From UHGV virus genome UHGV-1870764: a stretch of DNA of 51,499 bases. The stretch is one strand, 5' to 3'. This document shows, in pieces, positions 19,069-28,004 of this stretch; the first letter of the stretch is position 1, and each line of letters opens with the position of its first letter. This DNA is from a virus. The notes under the pieces were generated by a model. The model saw only the letters and a program-made list of their open reading frames with translations. It was not told the DNA's origin and did not search any database. The translations under genes and the position numbers were made by a program.

Positions 19069-20001
19069 ATGGTCAAAAAAGTTACACTAACAAATAGCGT
19101 AACAAAAGACAGTATTGTTATTGATTCAAAAGATGGTTATTATATCATTGATGAAATTGATTGGGATACACCTAGCGTAGAAATGTCAGCATATAGAGTA
19201 CCTTATCAAATAGGGCAGTCTTATGCTGGTTTAACAGTTGGAACAAGAAAACCAACTATAACAGGATATGTTGTTGCTAAGGATGTAGAACAGGCAAATA
19301 CATGGGAGCAATACTGGGAGAATTGCGAAACAGCAGTACAAGACAAAAAGGAAGAACTTGATAGAATGATTTCTATATACCAAGAAATTGTGATTGAAGC
19401 AAATGGATTTTATTTAGATGCAAGACCAACAGCACCACCAAAATATTCTAATACTTATAAAGAAAACAATGAGGTTTTATGTAAGTTTATTTTGGAGTTT
19501 GAATGTTTCAATCCAATGTTTTATAAGGAAACAAAAACAATTAATTTTTCTGTTCTTGAAAATAAGTTTAAATTTCCACTAACGATTCCTAAAACAAAAG
19601 GAATAACAATGGGCGTTGAGCATAGGCAGAAAATTATATTGTTTGAAAATAATGGTGATGTTCCAGTCGGTTGTATTATACGAATGAAAGCAATTAGTGA
19701 TTCATTAATAACACAGCAAGTAAATAGCATAACAGAAGATGCAAAAATTATATTTTCTGATTTGAGCATGTCTGCCGGTGATGAAATTGTTATAAATACT
19801 AACATTGGAGAAGAAAGTGTTAAACTGCATACACAAAGCGGTGATGAAGTTTCTATTGTTGGAAACATGGAAGTTGGCTACAAACTATTTAAAATTCTTA
19901 TAGGAAAAAACTATTATTCATATGAAACACAGCCTAGTGATGGTGTCATGGATGTTAGTTTTGAATATAGGGAGCAATATTTTAACATAAGGGGGATGTA
20001 G
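19069..20001 (+). CDS. distal tail protein (Dit)
   Basis: A ~310-aa protein immediately after the TMP. AAGGTGGTG RBS. Confidence 0.5.
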   Translation: MVKKVTLTNSVTKDSIVIDSKDGYYIIDEIDWDTPSVEMSAYRVPYQIGQSYAGLTVGTRKPTITGYVVAKDVEQANTWEQYWENCETAVQDKKEELDRMISIYQEIVIEANGFYLDARPTAPPKYSNTYKENNEVLCKFILEFECFNPMFYKETKTINFSVLENKFKFPLTIPKTKGITMGVEHRQKIILFENNGDVPVGCIIRMKAISDSLITQQVNSITEDAKIIFSDLSMSAGDEIVINTNIGEESVKLHTQSGDEVSIVGNMEVGYKLFKILIGKNYYSYETQPSDGVMDVSFEYREQYFNIRGM

Positions 20002-20005
20002 AATT

Positions 20006-21586
20006 ATGGTAACAATATTAGATGATACGATGTGCATAGTTGACATTCTCCGCAAATATGAATATTCACAGTATGAGTTTAAGGCAAGAGAAATAGGAAC
20101 ATTTACAATTAATGCAATGCTTGATAAAGAAAATTTATATTTGATGGATAAAACAAAGAATTATTATGTTTTGTTTGACAATGATGTTTTCGGAGTCATT
20201 GAGTCAGTAAAGCGTGAAAGTGATAGTGAAACAAGTAAGGTATTTACGATAAAAGGTAGCCTTGCATTAAAACTGTTGGAATATAGAGTTATCAAAGGGC
20301 AAGTGACATTTAAAGGAAAAAGCTATAAATACATTGAAGAGTTGGTAAAACAAAACCTTATAATGTCAGATGATGAAAATAGAAACATTGCACTTGCCGT
20401 TGAGTTTGAAAATGAAGAAAGATTAAAACAAATATGTAGCACAATAGATAAACAAGTAACAGGTGGTTCTTTGTGGGATGAAATTAGTGAAGTCGCAGAA
20501 GCCGATAAACTAAGAATCGCATTAAGACCAAACGTTGTAGTTATTAATACAGAGCATCCGCAGAACATTGATGGATGGACATTGATAATTGGAGCTGGTG
20601 AAGATAGAACAAGGCATAGAACAAACAAGGCGGTTAGTTCTGTTGTGTTTTCTCAATCATTAAGTAATATAGCAAACACAGATTATACAGTTGATAGAAG
20701 TAAGTTAAGAAATACAGTATATATTGCAGGAGAGGGAGAGGGAACAGACAGAAAGTGGTATAATATAGATGTTAATTCAGACGTTACTTTTGGAGAGCGT
20801 AAAGGGTGGAATAGGAAAGAACTATGGGTTGATGCAAGAGATGTTCAAAGTGAACAGGATAACAAAAAGCTAACAGATGCAGAGTATGAAGAGCTTATGA
20901 AACAAAGGGCAGATGAAAAAGCCAAAGATAATGATTTAAGTGAAGAGTACACAGCAACAGTTACAGATATAACAAAACAGTATACATATAAAAAAGATTA
21001 TAACATTGGTGATTTTGTTACAGTAGCGGATGAAGAACTGGGAATGGAAATTGATGCACAGATTACAAACGTAATAGTAACAATACAAAATGATAGAGAT
21101 ATTGTTGACATAGAATTTACGTATGGGTCAAGAATTCAAGACGTAACAGACATTATACAAGATGTTATAAACAAAGTTCAAAACAATTCAACAACAGTTA
21201 AATATTTAGAGAACAGAAGTGGTAAAACAGCAACACAAGTTTTTGAATACATTGTTGAAGAGGGCGAAAATGAAAACGGACATTATAGGAAGTGGAGTTC
21301 TGGCTTGTTGGAACAATGGGTTTCGGACAAGCTAACAACAGCGGCAATAAATAATAAATATAACAGTTTATATCAAGGTATATTTTCATGGAAATTTCCT
21401 ATACAGTTCTTAGAACAACCGGAAATTGTAATATGTTCAAAAGCGCAATATGGGAATGGTGCTTCATGGGGAACTGTATATAATTGGTCAGTAAGCTTGG
21501 CAAACATAAGAGCCTTTGATACAGTTTCAAGGGAATCAGCAAATGAAATGAAGTTCACAGCATATGCAAAAGGTAGATGGAAATAA
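20006..21586 (+). CDS. tail-associated protein (Tal / tail endopeptidase-like)
   Basis: A 526-aa protein following Dit, in the canonical siphovirus order. Confidence 0.5.
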   Translation: MVTILDDTMCIVDILRKYEYSQYEFKAREIGTFTINAMLDKENLYLMDKTKNYYVLFDNDVFGVIESVKRESDSETSKVFTIKGSLALKLLEYRVIKGQVTFKGKSYKYIEELVKQNLIMSDDENRNIALAVEFENEERLKQICSTIDKQVTGGSLWDEISEVAEADKLRIALRPNVVVINTEHPQNIDGWTLIIGAGEDRTRHRTNKAVSSVVFSQSLSNIANTDYTVDRSKLRNTVYIAGEGEGTDRKWYNIDVNSDVTFGERKGWNRKELWVDARDVQSEQDNKKLTDAEYEELMKQRADEKAKDNDLSEEYTATVTDITKQYTYKKDYNIGDFVTVADEELGMEIDAQITNVIVTIQNDRDIVDIEFTYGSRIQDVTDIIQDVINKVQNNSTTVKYLENRSGKTATQVFEYIVEEGENENGHYRKWSSGLLEQWVSDKLTTAAINNKYNSLYQGIFSWKFPIQFLEQPEIVICSKAQYGNGASWGTVYNWSVSLANIRAFDTVSRESANEMKFTAYAKGRWK

Positions 21587-21606
21587 AAAGAAAGGAGTGA
21601 TTTGTT

Positions 21607-22317
21607 ATGGCAGAAAGATATGGGTTTTTTAATGCGGTTGAAACAAGTAGCGGTGTGTATGACAGAACATATAATGCAGAAGATTTTGCAAGCTATTTTT
21701 CAAAGTTTATCAGCAATGGCGTGTTCGTTAATCCAACAGATGGTTTAAAAGTATCAGCGCAAAGTGGATTAAAAGTAATTGTTAAAGCTGGAAGCGCATA
21801 TATAGATGGTTACTATTATGAATTGACAGAAGATACAGCGTTAACAATTCAAGTTAATAGTTCCTCGTATGTTCAAACAGATTCAGTTGTAATAAGATTG
21901 GATAAAACAAATAGAAAAATGTCGTTGGAAGTAAAACAGAATGATACAAGCGTTTCAAACACAACAACAATTAAGGAATTGCAATTAGCAACAATTAAAA
22001 AGGGTGTAGGCGCATCTAGTGTGAGTGCCGCTGATATAACAGACAAAAGACCATATAATGAGGTATGTGGATTTGTAACAGGTGTTGTTCAGCAAATAAG
22101 CACATCTGATTTGTTTTCACAGTTTGAAGAAATTTTTAATAATTGGTTTGATACAATAAAGGATAGGTTGGGAAGTGACCCGGCAACAAGTCTACAAAAT
22201 CAGATTAATGAAATTAATACAAAGATAGATGCAATGCCTACAATTCGACAAGGAACAGCCGCACCAAGCGACTCAACAGGAAAAGACGGAGATATCTATA
22301 TCCGTATTACTGGTTAG
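21607..22317 (+). CDS. baseplate upper protein / tail fibre N-terminal domain protein (BppU-like)
   Basis: The N-terminus MAERYGFFNAVETSSGVYDRTYNAEDFASYF matches the conserved N-terminus of Firmicute phage fibre/BppU proteins. Confidence 0.55.
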   Translation: MAERYGFFNAVETSSGVYDRTYNAEDFASYFSKFISNGVFVNPTDGLKVSAQSGLKVIVKAGSAYIDGYYYELTEDTALTIQVNSSSYVQTDSVVIRLDKTNRKMSLEVKQNDTSVSNTTTIKELQLATIKKGVGASSVSAADITDKRPYNEVCGFVTGVVQQISTSDLFSQFEEIFNNWFDTIKDRLGSDPATSLQNQINEINTKIDAMPTIRQGTAAPSDSTGKDGDIYIRITG

Positions 22318-22329
22318 GAGGTGTAATAA

Positions 22330-23319
22330 ATGTCAGCACCAAGTGGTACACAGTGGAGCTCTCCATCAACAGGTACACAATATCAAGGTAGAATTGGACT
22401 CTATGTAACATCTTCAAACGGCAAAACACAAACAAAAGTAACAGTACAAATATGGTATTGGTCACAATACTCATGTCAAGATAGTTCTAATACATTTTAT
22501 TTTGATTGGGATAGTTCTGCAAAATCTAGCATAGGAAGTAAAGACATTAATACAAGTTCAAATAACAGTTGGAATACTGCAAACCAAGTTCTAATCGGAA
22601 CGTATAGTGAAATATATAATAGAGGAACATCTAGTTCACAAGGAATATGTTCTGCAAGATTTACAGGTATAGAATACGGTGGAGGAAATTCATATACAGC
22701 AAGCGTAAACTTCACAATTCCAGCAAGAGATAGACAATCAATATCATATAATGCAAATGGTGGAACTGGTGCGCCAAGTACACAATATTATTATTATGGT
22801 TATGATACTGAGCTTTCAAACACTATTCCAAAAAGAACAGGTTATACGTTTTTAGGATGGTCATTATCAAGAACAGCAACCTCACCATCATATAGTGCAG
22901 GGCAAGCATGGGGCGGTACAAATGAGGGTAACTTTATTCTATATGCAGTATGGGAGAGAATAAGTTGTGCTGTCAAATTTGATGCCGGTTCAAATGGTGG
23001 AATTGTTGGTACTTCTGATTCAGTTATTAGAATTTACTATTATGGTGATAAGATAGGAACGCTTCCAACAGCAGAAAGATTGAACTATGAATTTTTAGGT
23101 TGGAATACGAACCAAAATGGAAGTGGCTCATATGTTAGCGAAACATATGTAGTAAAAGCAAATATAACATTATATGCAATATTCAAGTTACAAGCTAATT
23201 GTTATGCAAAACAAAGTAGTAAGTACAAAACTGGTATGATGTATAGAAAAGATGGGAAATACAGTACAGGAATTGTGAAAGTAAAAGTAAACGGAAAATA
23301 TAAAGATGCAACAATTTAA
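22330..23319 (+). CDS. receptor-binding/adhesin-like protein with Listeria-Bacteroides (Flg_new) repeats
   Basis: Repeated G-Y-x-F-x-GW motifs (TGYTFLGWS, LNYEFLGWN) spaced ~70 aa apart. Confidence 0.55.
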   Translation: MSAPSGTQWSSPSTGTQYQGRIGLYVTSSNGKTQTKVTVQIWYWSQYSCQDSSNTFYFDWDSSAKSSIGSKDINTSSNNSWNTANQVLIGTYSEIYNRGTSSSQGICSARFTGIEYGGGNSYTASVNFTIPARDRQSISYNANGGTGAPSTQYYYYGYDTELSNTIPKRTGYTFLGWSLSRTATSPSYSAGQAWGGTNEGNFILYAVWERISCAVKFDAGSNGGIVGTSDSVIRIYYYGDKIGTLPTAERLNYEFLGWNTNQNGSGSYVSETYVVKANITLYAIFKLQANCYAKQSSKYKTGMMYRKDGKYSTGIVKVKVNGKYKDATI

Positions 23320-23334
23320 GGAAGTGAAACAAGT

Positions 23335-23631
23335 ATGGAAGAATTTAGTGAAGTTCTATTGGATGTACAGAAAGAGTATAAACGCTCTAACAAACTAAAA
23401 GATATTATAATTATCATTCTAATTGTCTTAATGTTCTTGCAATCAGCATTTAGTTTTGGTTGTTTTGTTTGGTATGAGTCACAATTTGAATATTATGATA
23501 CAGCGCAAGAAACGAATGCAAAAGATGTTGACATTGAAACGAGCGGAGACAGTGCAAATGCAGAATACAATGATGTAAGCGGAAATCAGTATAATGACAA
23601 TGCAGTTCATAACCAAGGTGGTGAGAATTAA
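23335..23631 (+). CDS. small membrane protein (one TM helix, acidic C-terminus)
   Basis: The hydrophobic segment IIIIILIVLMFLQSAFSFGCFVW is followed by a D/E/N-rich tail. Confidence 0.4.
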   Translation: MEEFSEVLLDVQKEYKRSNKLKDIIIIILIVLMFLQSAFSFGCFVWYESQFEYYDTAQETNAKDVDIETSGDSANAEYNDVSGNQYNDNAVHNQGGEN

Positions 23632-23773
23632 GGATGGCGAAAGCAAGCATACACGTAACAAAAAACAAGAACTATAACAAGGTCAAAGGTTAAAGTTCCG
23701 AAGGGTAGAAATAAGCAAGGTGGTAATTCTAAGAAATGTCCAGTATGCGGAAAGTTTATGGGAAGTGGTAAGC

Positions 23774-24007
23774 ATGGATAAAAAGAACGCAGAAACTCGG
23801 ACGAAATTAAAGAATATAAGTTCTGTAAAAGAGTTTGGTGATTTGATGGAACAAACAATGTTAAGTGATGAAGAAAAGCAGATCTTATGGATGCATTATA
23901 AGGAAAAGAAAACCTTACAATGTATAGCGGATGAAATTGGATTATCAGAAATTGCAGTTAAAAAGAAACATAGAAAGATGCTTATGAAAATAGGTAGAAT
24001 GATTTGA
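23774..24007 (+). CDS. sigma-70 region-4-like HTH protein (putative late-gene regulator)
   Basis: A 77-aa protein. TLQCIADEIGLSEIAVKKKHRKMLMKI resembles a sigma region 4.2 HTH. The ATG at 23774 is preferred over the GTG at 23720. Confidence 0.45.
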   Translation: MDKKNAETRTKLKNISSVKEFGDLMEQTMLSDEEKQILWMHYKEKKTLQCIADEIGLSEIAVKKKHRKMLMKIGRMI

Positions 24008-24032
24008 GGGAGTGCGAAAGCACTCCTTTTTT
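24008..24032 (+). terminator. rho-independent terminator ending the morphogenesis operon
   Basis: GGAGTGC-GAAA-GCACTCC (GNRA tetraloop) followed by TTTTTT. Confidence 0.8.
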
Positions 24033-24076
24033 ATTGCACATATTCTTTAAGGTTATTCCTAGTATACTTTGTTTAT

Positions 24077-24105
24077 ATTTCAAAACATTAAAAGTGTGAT
24101 ATATT
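24077..24105 (+). promoter_or_regulatory. putative extended -10 promoter
   Basis: TGaTATATT at 24097-24105 with a weak -35 TTCAAA 17 nt upstream. Confidence 0.3.
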
Positions 24106-24130
24106 AAAAGCATGAAAGGAGTGGTGATTG

Positions 24131-24562
24131 ATGTACAATTATACAGGGTATGGAATGAATCCATATCAGCAACAATTAACACAAAATAGAATTGCACAGA
24201 TGGAACAGCAATATAATTACCAACAGCCATATATGCAGAATCAGAGTCAAACACAGATGCTAAAAGGTAGACCAGTTTCAAGTTATGATGAAGCGAAAGC
24301 AAGCATGATTGACTTAGATGGCAGTTTATTTGTCTTTACAGATATCGCAAATGGTTGTATTTACACAAAGCAAATATTGTTAGATGGTTCAGCAGAACTT
24401 AAAACATATATATTAAAACCAACAGAAAATAAAGTAAATATTGAATATGTATCTAAACAGCAGTTTGAAAATGTTGTAAGTGAATTGAAACAAAGAATAA
24501 AAGAACTCAAGGAGGGTGTGGCTTATGTTTCAGAAGTTGAGCAAACAAATGATGCAGAATAA
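24131..24562 (+). CDS. hypothetical protein with Q/N/Y-rich low-complexity N-terminus
   Basis: An AAAGGAG RBS precedes it. The first ~45 residues are Q/N/Y-rich, followed by a globular region. Confidence 0.45.
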   Translation: MYNYTGYGMNPYQQQLTQNRIAQMEQQYNYQQPYMQNQSQTQMLKGRPVSSYDEAKASMIDLDGSLFVFTDIANGCIYTKQILLDGSAELKTYILKPTENKVNIEYVSKQQFENVVSELKQRIKELKEGVAYVSEVEQTNDAE

Positions 24563-24713
24563 TCCGCTTTTTAAAAGGGCAGAAGAAATGGCACAAGGTA
24601 AATCAGAACAAGAACTTGAGCAAGTAGCTAGAAATTTATGTAAGCAAAGAGGAATAGATATAGAACAGGCTTATAAACAGTTTCAAGCATTTATGGGTGG
24701 TATGAGCCGCTAA
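24525..24713 (+). CDS. hypothetical small protein
   Basis: A 62-aa protein with an AAGGAGGGTG RBS. It overlaps the 3' end of the previous gene. Confidence 0.35.
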   Translation: MFQKLSKQMMQNNPLFKRAEEMAQGKSEQELEQVARNLCKQRGIDIEQAYKQFQAFMGGMSR

Positions 24714-24762
24714 AGTGTACATATAGTGGTTTATATAAATATTATTAATGGAGGTAACAATA

Positions 24763-25455
24763 ATGGGAATGGATGGAAATGGATTGAGTGTAGCTGATGC
24801 ATTAGCACTCGGGAAAGAAAACAATGGAATGTTCGGAGATGGCAATGGAAGTTGGATTTTCTTCTTATTCTTCCTACTCGCGTGGGGAGGTAACTTTGGA
24901 AACTGGGGTGGAAATGGTATGAATAGTACAGCAAGCGCATATACAGATAGTGCAATTCAGAGAGGGTTCGATAATCAAGCAGTAATGAACAAGCTGAATG
25001 GTTTGGAGAATGGAATTTGTGATGGATTCTATGCAGTGAATACTTCGCTTCTGAATGGTTTTAATGGAACACAGCAAGCAATCAATAATGTAGCAGTAGC
25101 GGGAATGCAGAACACAAATGCACTTGCTTCACAGCTTGCGGATTGTTGTTGCACAACGCAGAGAAGTATTGATTCTGTAAGATATGAGAATGCAAGAAAT
25201 ACTTGTGATATTGTGAACGCTATTAAAGCAGATGGTGATGCAACAAGAGCATTAATGACACAGAATGAGATTCAGAGTTTACGTGACCAGTTACAGACAG
25301 CAAACTTCCAGTTGAGCCAACAGGCACAGAACGCAACACTTATTTCAACATTAAGACCAACACCAATTCCAGCATATCAGACTTGTAGTCCATATGAAAG
25401 CGCACGGATGTTTTCACATTTTGGAACAGCTTGCAATAATGCATGTGGATGTTAA
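24763..25455 (+). CDS. Gly/Asn/Trp-rich membrane protein with Cys-rich C-terminus (unknown function)
   Basis: GNGSWIFFLFFLLAWGGNFGNWGGNG is a TM segment flanked by GN repeats. CCC and C-x-x-x-C-x-C clusters lie near the C-terminus. Confidence 0.45.
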   Translation: MGMDGNGLSVADALALGKENNGMFGDGNGSWIFFLFFLLAWGGNFGNWGGNGMNSTASAYTDSAIQRGFDNQAVMNKLNGLENGICDGFYAVNTSLLNGFNGTQQAINNVAVAGMQNTNALASQLADCCCTTQRSIDSVRYENARNTCDIVNAIKADGDATRALMTQNEIQSLRDQLQTANFQLSQQAQNATLISTLRPTPIPAYQTCSPYESARMFSHFGTACNNACGC

Positions 25456-25510
25456 AGGTGTTTATTTGATAATTTAAGGCATTTTCCGCTTATGCGTGAT
25501 ATATTTGTAG

Positions 25511-25539
25511 GGGCGGCATAAAAACCGCCCTATTCGTTT
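25511..25539 (+). terminator. rho-independent terminator
   Basis: GGGCGG-CATAAAAA-CCGCCC followed by TATTCGTTT. Confidence 0.6.
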
Positions 25540-25569
25540 AATTAAAAGGGTTAGAAAGGGTGATATAAA

Positions 25570-25944
25570 ATGGCATGTAGTTTATATAATAATAATGGAT
25601 ATGGATGCGGTGGTTGCGTACATTTTGTTAAAACAAACAGTGTAGTAGTTCAAGATGGTGTTTTGATTTTGAACATACCACAGGCAAGTTATAGTAATAA
25701 AGAAAGAGTATGTATTTGTATTGCACAGGCAATTCCAACAGTAACAAGTGCAGAAACGGTAGCTATAACAATCGGAGCAGGAACAACACAATATGTACTT
25801 AGAACAAAGTGCGGAAATAATGTTCATGCAGACCAGTTAAGAAGTAGAAAAGTATACCATACAAATGTTGCAACAGATGTCGGAACTTTCATGGTTAGTA
25901 GCTGTGAGTTATGCGGAACAAGCTATAATTTCCCAGTAATATAA
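25570..25944 (+). CDS. Cys-rich hypothetical protein
   Basis: GCGGCVHF and CICIAQ near the N-terminus and CELCGT near the C-terminus. AAAGGGTG RBS. Confidence 0.4.
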   Translation: MACSLYNNNGYGCGGCVHFVKTNSVVVQDGVLILNIPQASYSNKERVCICIAQAIPTVTSAETVAITIGAGTTQYVLRTKCGNNVHADQLRSRKVYHTNVATDVGTFMVSSCELCGTSYNFPVI

Positions 25945-25957
25945 GGAGGGTAAAACA

Positions 25958-26689
25958 ATGTATGAAGTAAATGGTGTGAAATATGACGAAAACGTAAATA
26001 CAAGCAAAACAAACACAGAACAAGGATGGAATACACAGGAACAGCAATCATATATGGGAACACAAAGAAACAAACGTATGCAAGAAAACATTGCAGAAGA
26101 AGTGTATATAAAACTTGATGAACACATGCAGAAAGCATTAAGTTTCCATGAACAGCTTGCAGACTATTTCTGTTTCCTCGGCTTACAAGGATTTAAAAGA
26201 AAGTTAGAATGCCAGTATATGGATGAATGTGCAAATAAAAGAAAGCTACACCACAAGTACATAAATCTTCATCAGAAGTTAATCCCATTAAGACAAGTGC
26301 AGTTTCCACAGATGATTCCAAGAGATTGGAGTAAATACACAACAGATGATGTGAATGACAGTGTTCTTCCTAAATTTGTGAAAAATGCAATGGAACAGTA
26401 TAAACAGTGGGAACACGAAACAAAAGAACTGTATGAAGAACAGTGGCAGAAATGTATGAACAATGGAATGGGAGCAGATGCAGAGTATATTTCAAAACTC
26501 ATACAGGATGTAACAAAAGAGCTAAAAGAGATAAACAGAATGTGTGAACAGCTTAATGGCACTGGATATGATGTAATAGCAATTCATAACATGCAAGACA
26601 AATACCACAAGAAGTATAAGGATAAATACAATGATACTTATACAGATAAGTGGAAGAAAGAAACGAAACACAACAAAACAAATAAATAA
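25958..26689 (+). CDS. hypothetical protein (helical, His/Cys-containing core; Lys-rich tail)
   Basis: A strong AAGGAGGG RBS. 243 aa. Confidence 0.45.
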   Translation: MYEVNGVKYDENVNTSKTNTEQGWNTQEQQSYMGTQRNKRMQENIAEEVYIKLDEHMQKALSFHEQLADYFCFLGLQGFKRKLECQYMDECANKRKLHHKYINLHQKLIPLRQVQFPQMIPRDWSKYTTDDVNDSVLPKFVKNAMEQYKQWEHETKELYEEQWQKCMNNGMGADAEYISKLIQDVTKELKEINRMCEQLNGTGYDVIAIHNMQDKYHKKYKDKYNDTYTDKWKKETKHNKTNK

Positions 26690-26784
26690 AACAAAGCATA
26701 AGGCTATATATTATATATAATATAATTAATATATTTATATATTTTATATAGCTTTATTTATTTTAAAATATTTTATAAAAAGTA

Positions 26785-26812
26785 TTGACTTTTGTTTTAT
26801 ATATGTTATAAT
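26785..26812 (+). promoter_or_regulatory. sigma-A promoter (TTGACT-N16-TGtTATAAT)
   Basis: TTGACT at 26785-26790 and an extended -10 at 26804-26812. Confidence 0.6.
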
Positions 26813-26869
26813 GTAATCAAGTTAAATGAAAGCAGTTAATAAAGAAAACAAACTAGGAGGATAAAACAA

Positions 26870-27205
26870 ATGAAAACAATAACAGTAGATGGAAGAACAT
26901 ATGAAGTTGTTAAGAAAATGCCAAAAGGATTTGTAGTTTGGAACATTGGAGTTATGAAAGGGTATGAAGAATATTTACCATTATGCGAAACGATTGGAAA
27001 GAGCTTTGATGTAAATATTAAAACATTGAAAGTAATTAAACTAGATACAGAGGGTGTAAAGATTTTAAATAGAGCTTCTGGTTATGGTGTTGATTGTTTA
27101 AGAAAAGTAAAAACAACATTGAATAGAGTTGCAAAAAGTAACATGATGAAAAGAAAACAAGAACTTGCTGAAATGGCATTACCAATATTTGAAAAGATTT
27201 CATAA
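26870..27205 (+). CDS. hypothetical early protein
   Basis: AGGAGG RBS. 111 aa. Confidence 0.45.
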   Translation: MKTITVDGRTYEVVKKMPKGFVVWNIGVMKGYEEYLPLCETIGKSFDVNIKTLKVIKLDTEGVKILNRASGYGVDCLRKVKTTLNRVAKSNMMKRKQELAEMALPIFEKIS

Positions 27206-27231
27206 TTTAATAAAAAGTTTTAATTATGCTA

Positions 27232-27260
27232 TTGACAAAACAAAATGTTAGTAGTATAAT
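27232..27260 (+). promoter_or_regulatory. consensus sigma-A promoter (TTGACA-N17-TATAAT)
   Basis: TTGACA at 27232-27237 and TATAAT at 27255-27260. Confidence 0.65.
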
Positions 27261-27309
27261 TAAATCAAGTTAAGAGATAACAAACAAAACAGAAAAGGAG
27301 ATAACAAAG

Positions 27310-27462
27310 ATGAAGAAAGAATTTATTAAAAATAATAATTTAACAGGAATGGTTATAGAGCTTGTTGATGGTTTGGGAATGAGCAGTGCAGATGCTATTG
27401 AATATGTTTACGATATGAAAACAATGAGCAATGAAGAATTTGCTAAAAAATATTTAAAATAA
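27310..27462 (+). CDS. small hypothetical protein (50 aa), absent from ORF track because <60 aa
   Basis: A perfect promoter lies upstream, and an AAAAGGAG RBS sits 8 nt before the ATG. The protein is MKKEFIKNNNLTGMVIELVDGLGMSSADAIEYVYDMKTMSNEEFAKKYLK. Confidence 0.5.
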   Translation: MKKEFIKNNNLTGMVIELVDGLGMSSADAIEYVYDMKTMSNEEFAKKYLK

Positions 27463-27465
27463 ATG

Positions 27466-27494
27466 TTGACAGTATTAGAAATATATGTTAATAT
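27466..27494 (+). promoter_or_regulatory. sigma-A promoter (TTGACA-N17-TGtTAATAT)
   Basis: TTGACA at 27466-27471 and an extended -10 ending at 27494. Confidence 0.6.
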
Positions 27495-27537
27495 AGTTTT
27501 ATAAACAAGAAAGAAAACAAATTAGGAGGAAACAAAA

Positions 27538-27735
27538 ATGGTAAAATATGCAGAGTTTGAAACAATCGTATTAGCAACATACAGAAGAGGACTAGTTAGC
27601 TTTGAAGAAGCGGAAAACAAATTATATGGGTATCTGAAATGCATGACAGATATAGGAGTGTTAGAAGTGCATAGAGCAAGTGAGGAATTTCAGATTTCAG
27701 TAAAGAAACTTTTAGATATTTCAAATAGAAAATAG
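27538..27735 (+). CDS. hypothetical small protein
   Basis: AGGAGG RBS. 65 aa. Confidence 0.45.
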   Translation: MVKYAEFETIVLATYRRGLVSFEEAENKLYGYLKCMTDIGVLEVHRASEEFQISVKKLLDISNRK

Positions 27736-27748
27736 GAGATAAAACAAA

Positions 27749-27940
27749 ATGACACCATACAATTATAGAAAGCTACAGAGAAAAATTAGAAGAAAGGTTA
27801 GAACGTTCAAAAGGGCGTTCAGAACCTTTTGGAAAGAGTGGGGAATAACAAAACAGGATTTCAATGATACCATAGCTTGTTTGTCATTGTTTGGAATGAT
27901 TTATATGCTATCAGTAATTTGCATAATCGTTTTAAAATAG
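27749..27940 (+). CDS. small membrane protein (basic N-terminus, C-terminal TM helix)
   Basis: RKLQRKIRRKVRTFKRAFR followed by IACLSLFGMIYMLSVICIIVL. AGGAG RBS. Confidence 0.45.
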   Translation: MTPYNYRKLQRKIRRKVRTFKRAFRTFWKEWGITKQDFNDTIACLSLFGMIYMLSVICIIVLK

Positions 27941-27943
27941 ATA

Positions 27944-27972
27944 TTGACAAAGAAAAAGCAAAGTGATATAAT
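27944..27972 (+). promoter_or_regulatory. consensus sigma-A promoter (TTGACA-N17-TGaTATAAT)
   Basis: TTGACA at 27944-27949 and TATAAT at 27967-27972. Confidence 0.65.
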
Positions 27973-28004
27973 TAAGACATAAAAAGAAAAGGAGAACAAA
28001 ACAA

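Noticed and set aside
24748-24762. ATG at 24748 (MEVTIM...) as the start of the Gly/Asn-rich membrane protein
   Set aside because: It has no RBS, whereas a GGAGGT sits 6 nt before the ATG at 24763. The same reasoning was used to trim GTG/TTG-extended track ORFs at 156, 1633, 6322, 13480, 19057, 30463, 36199, 38883 and 50231.
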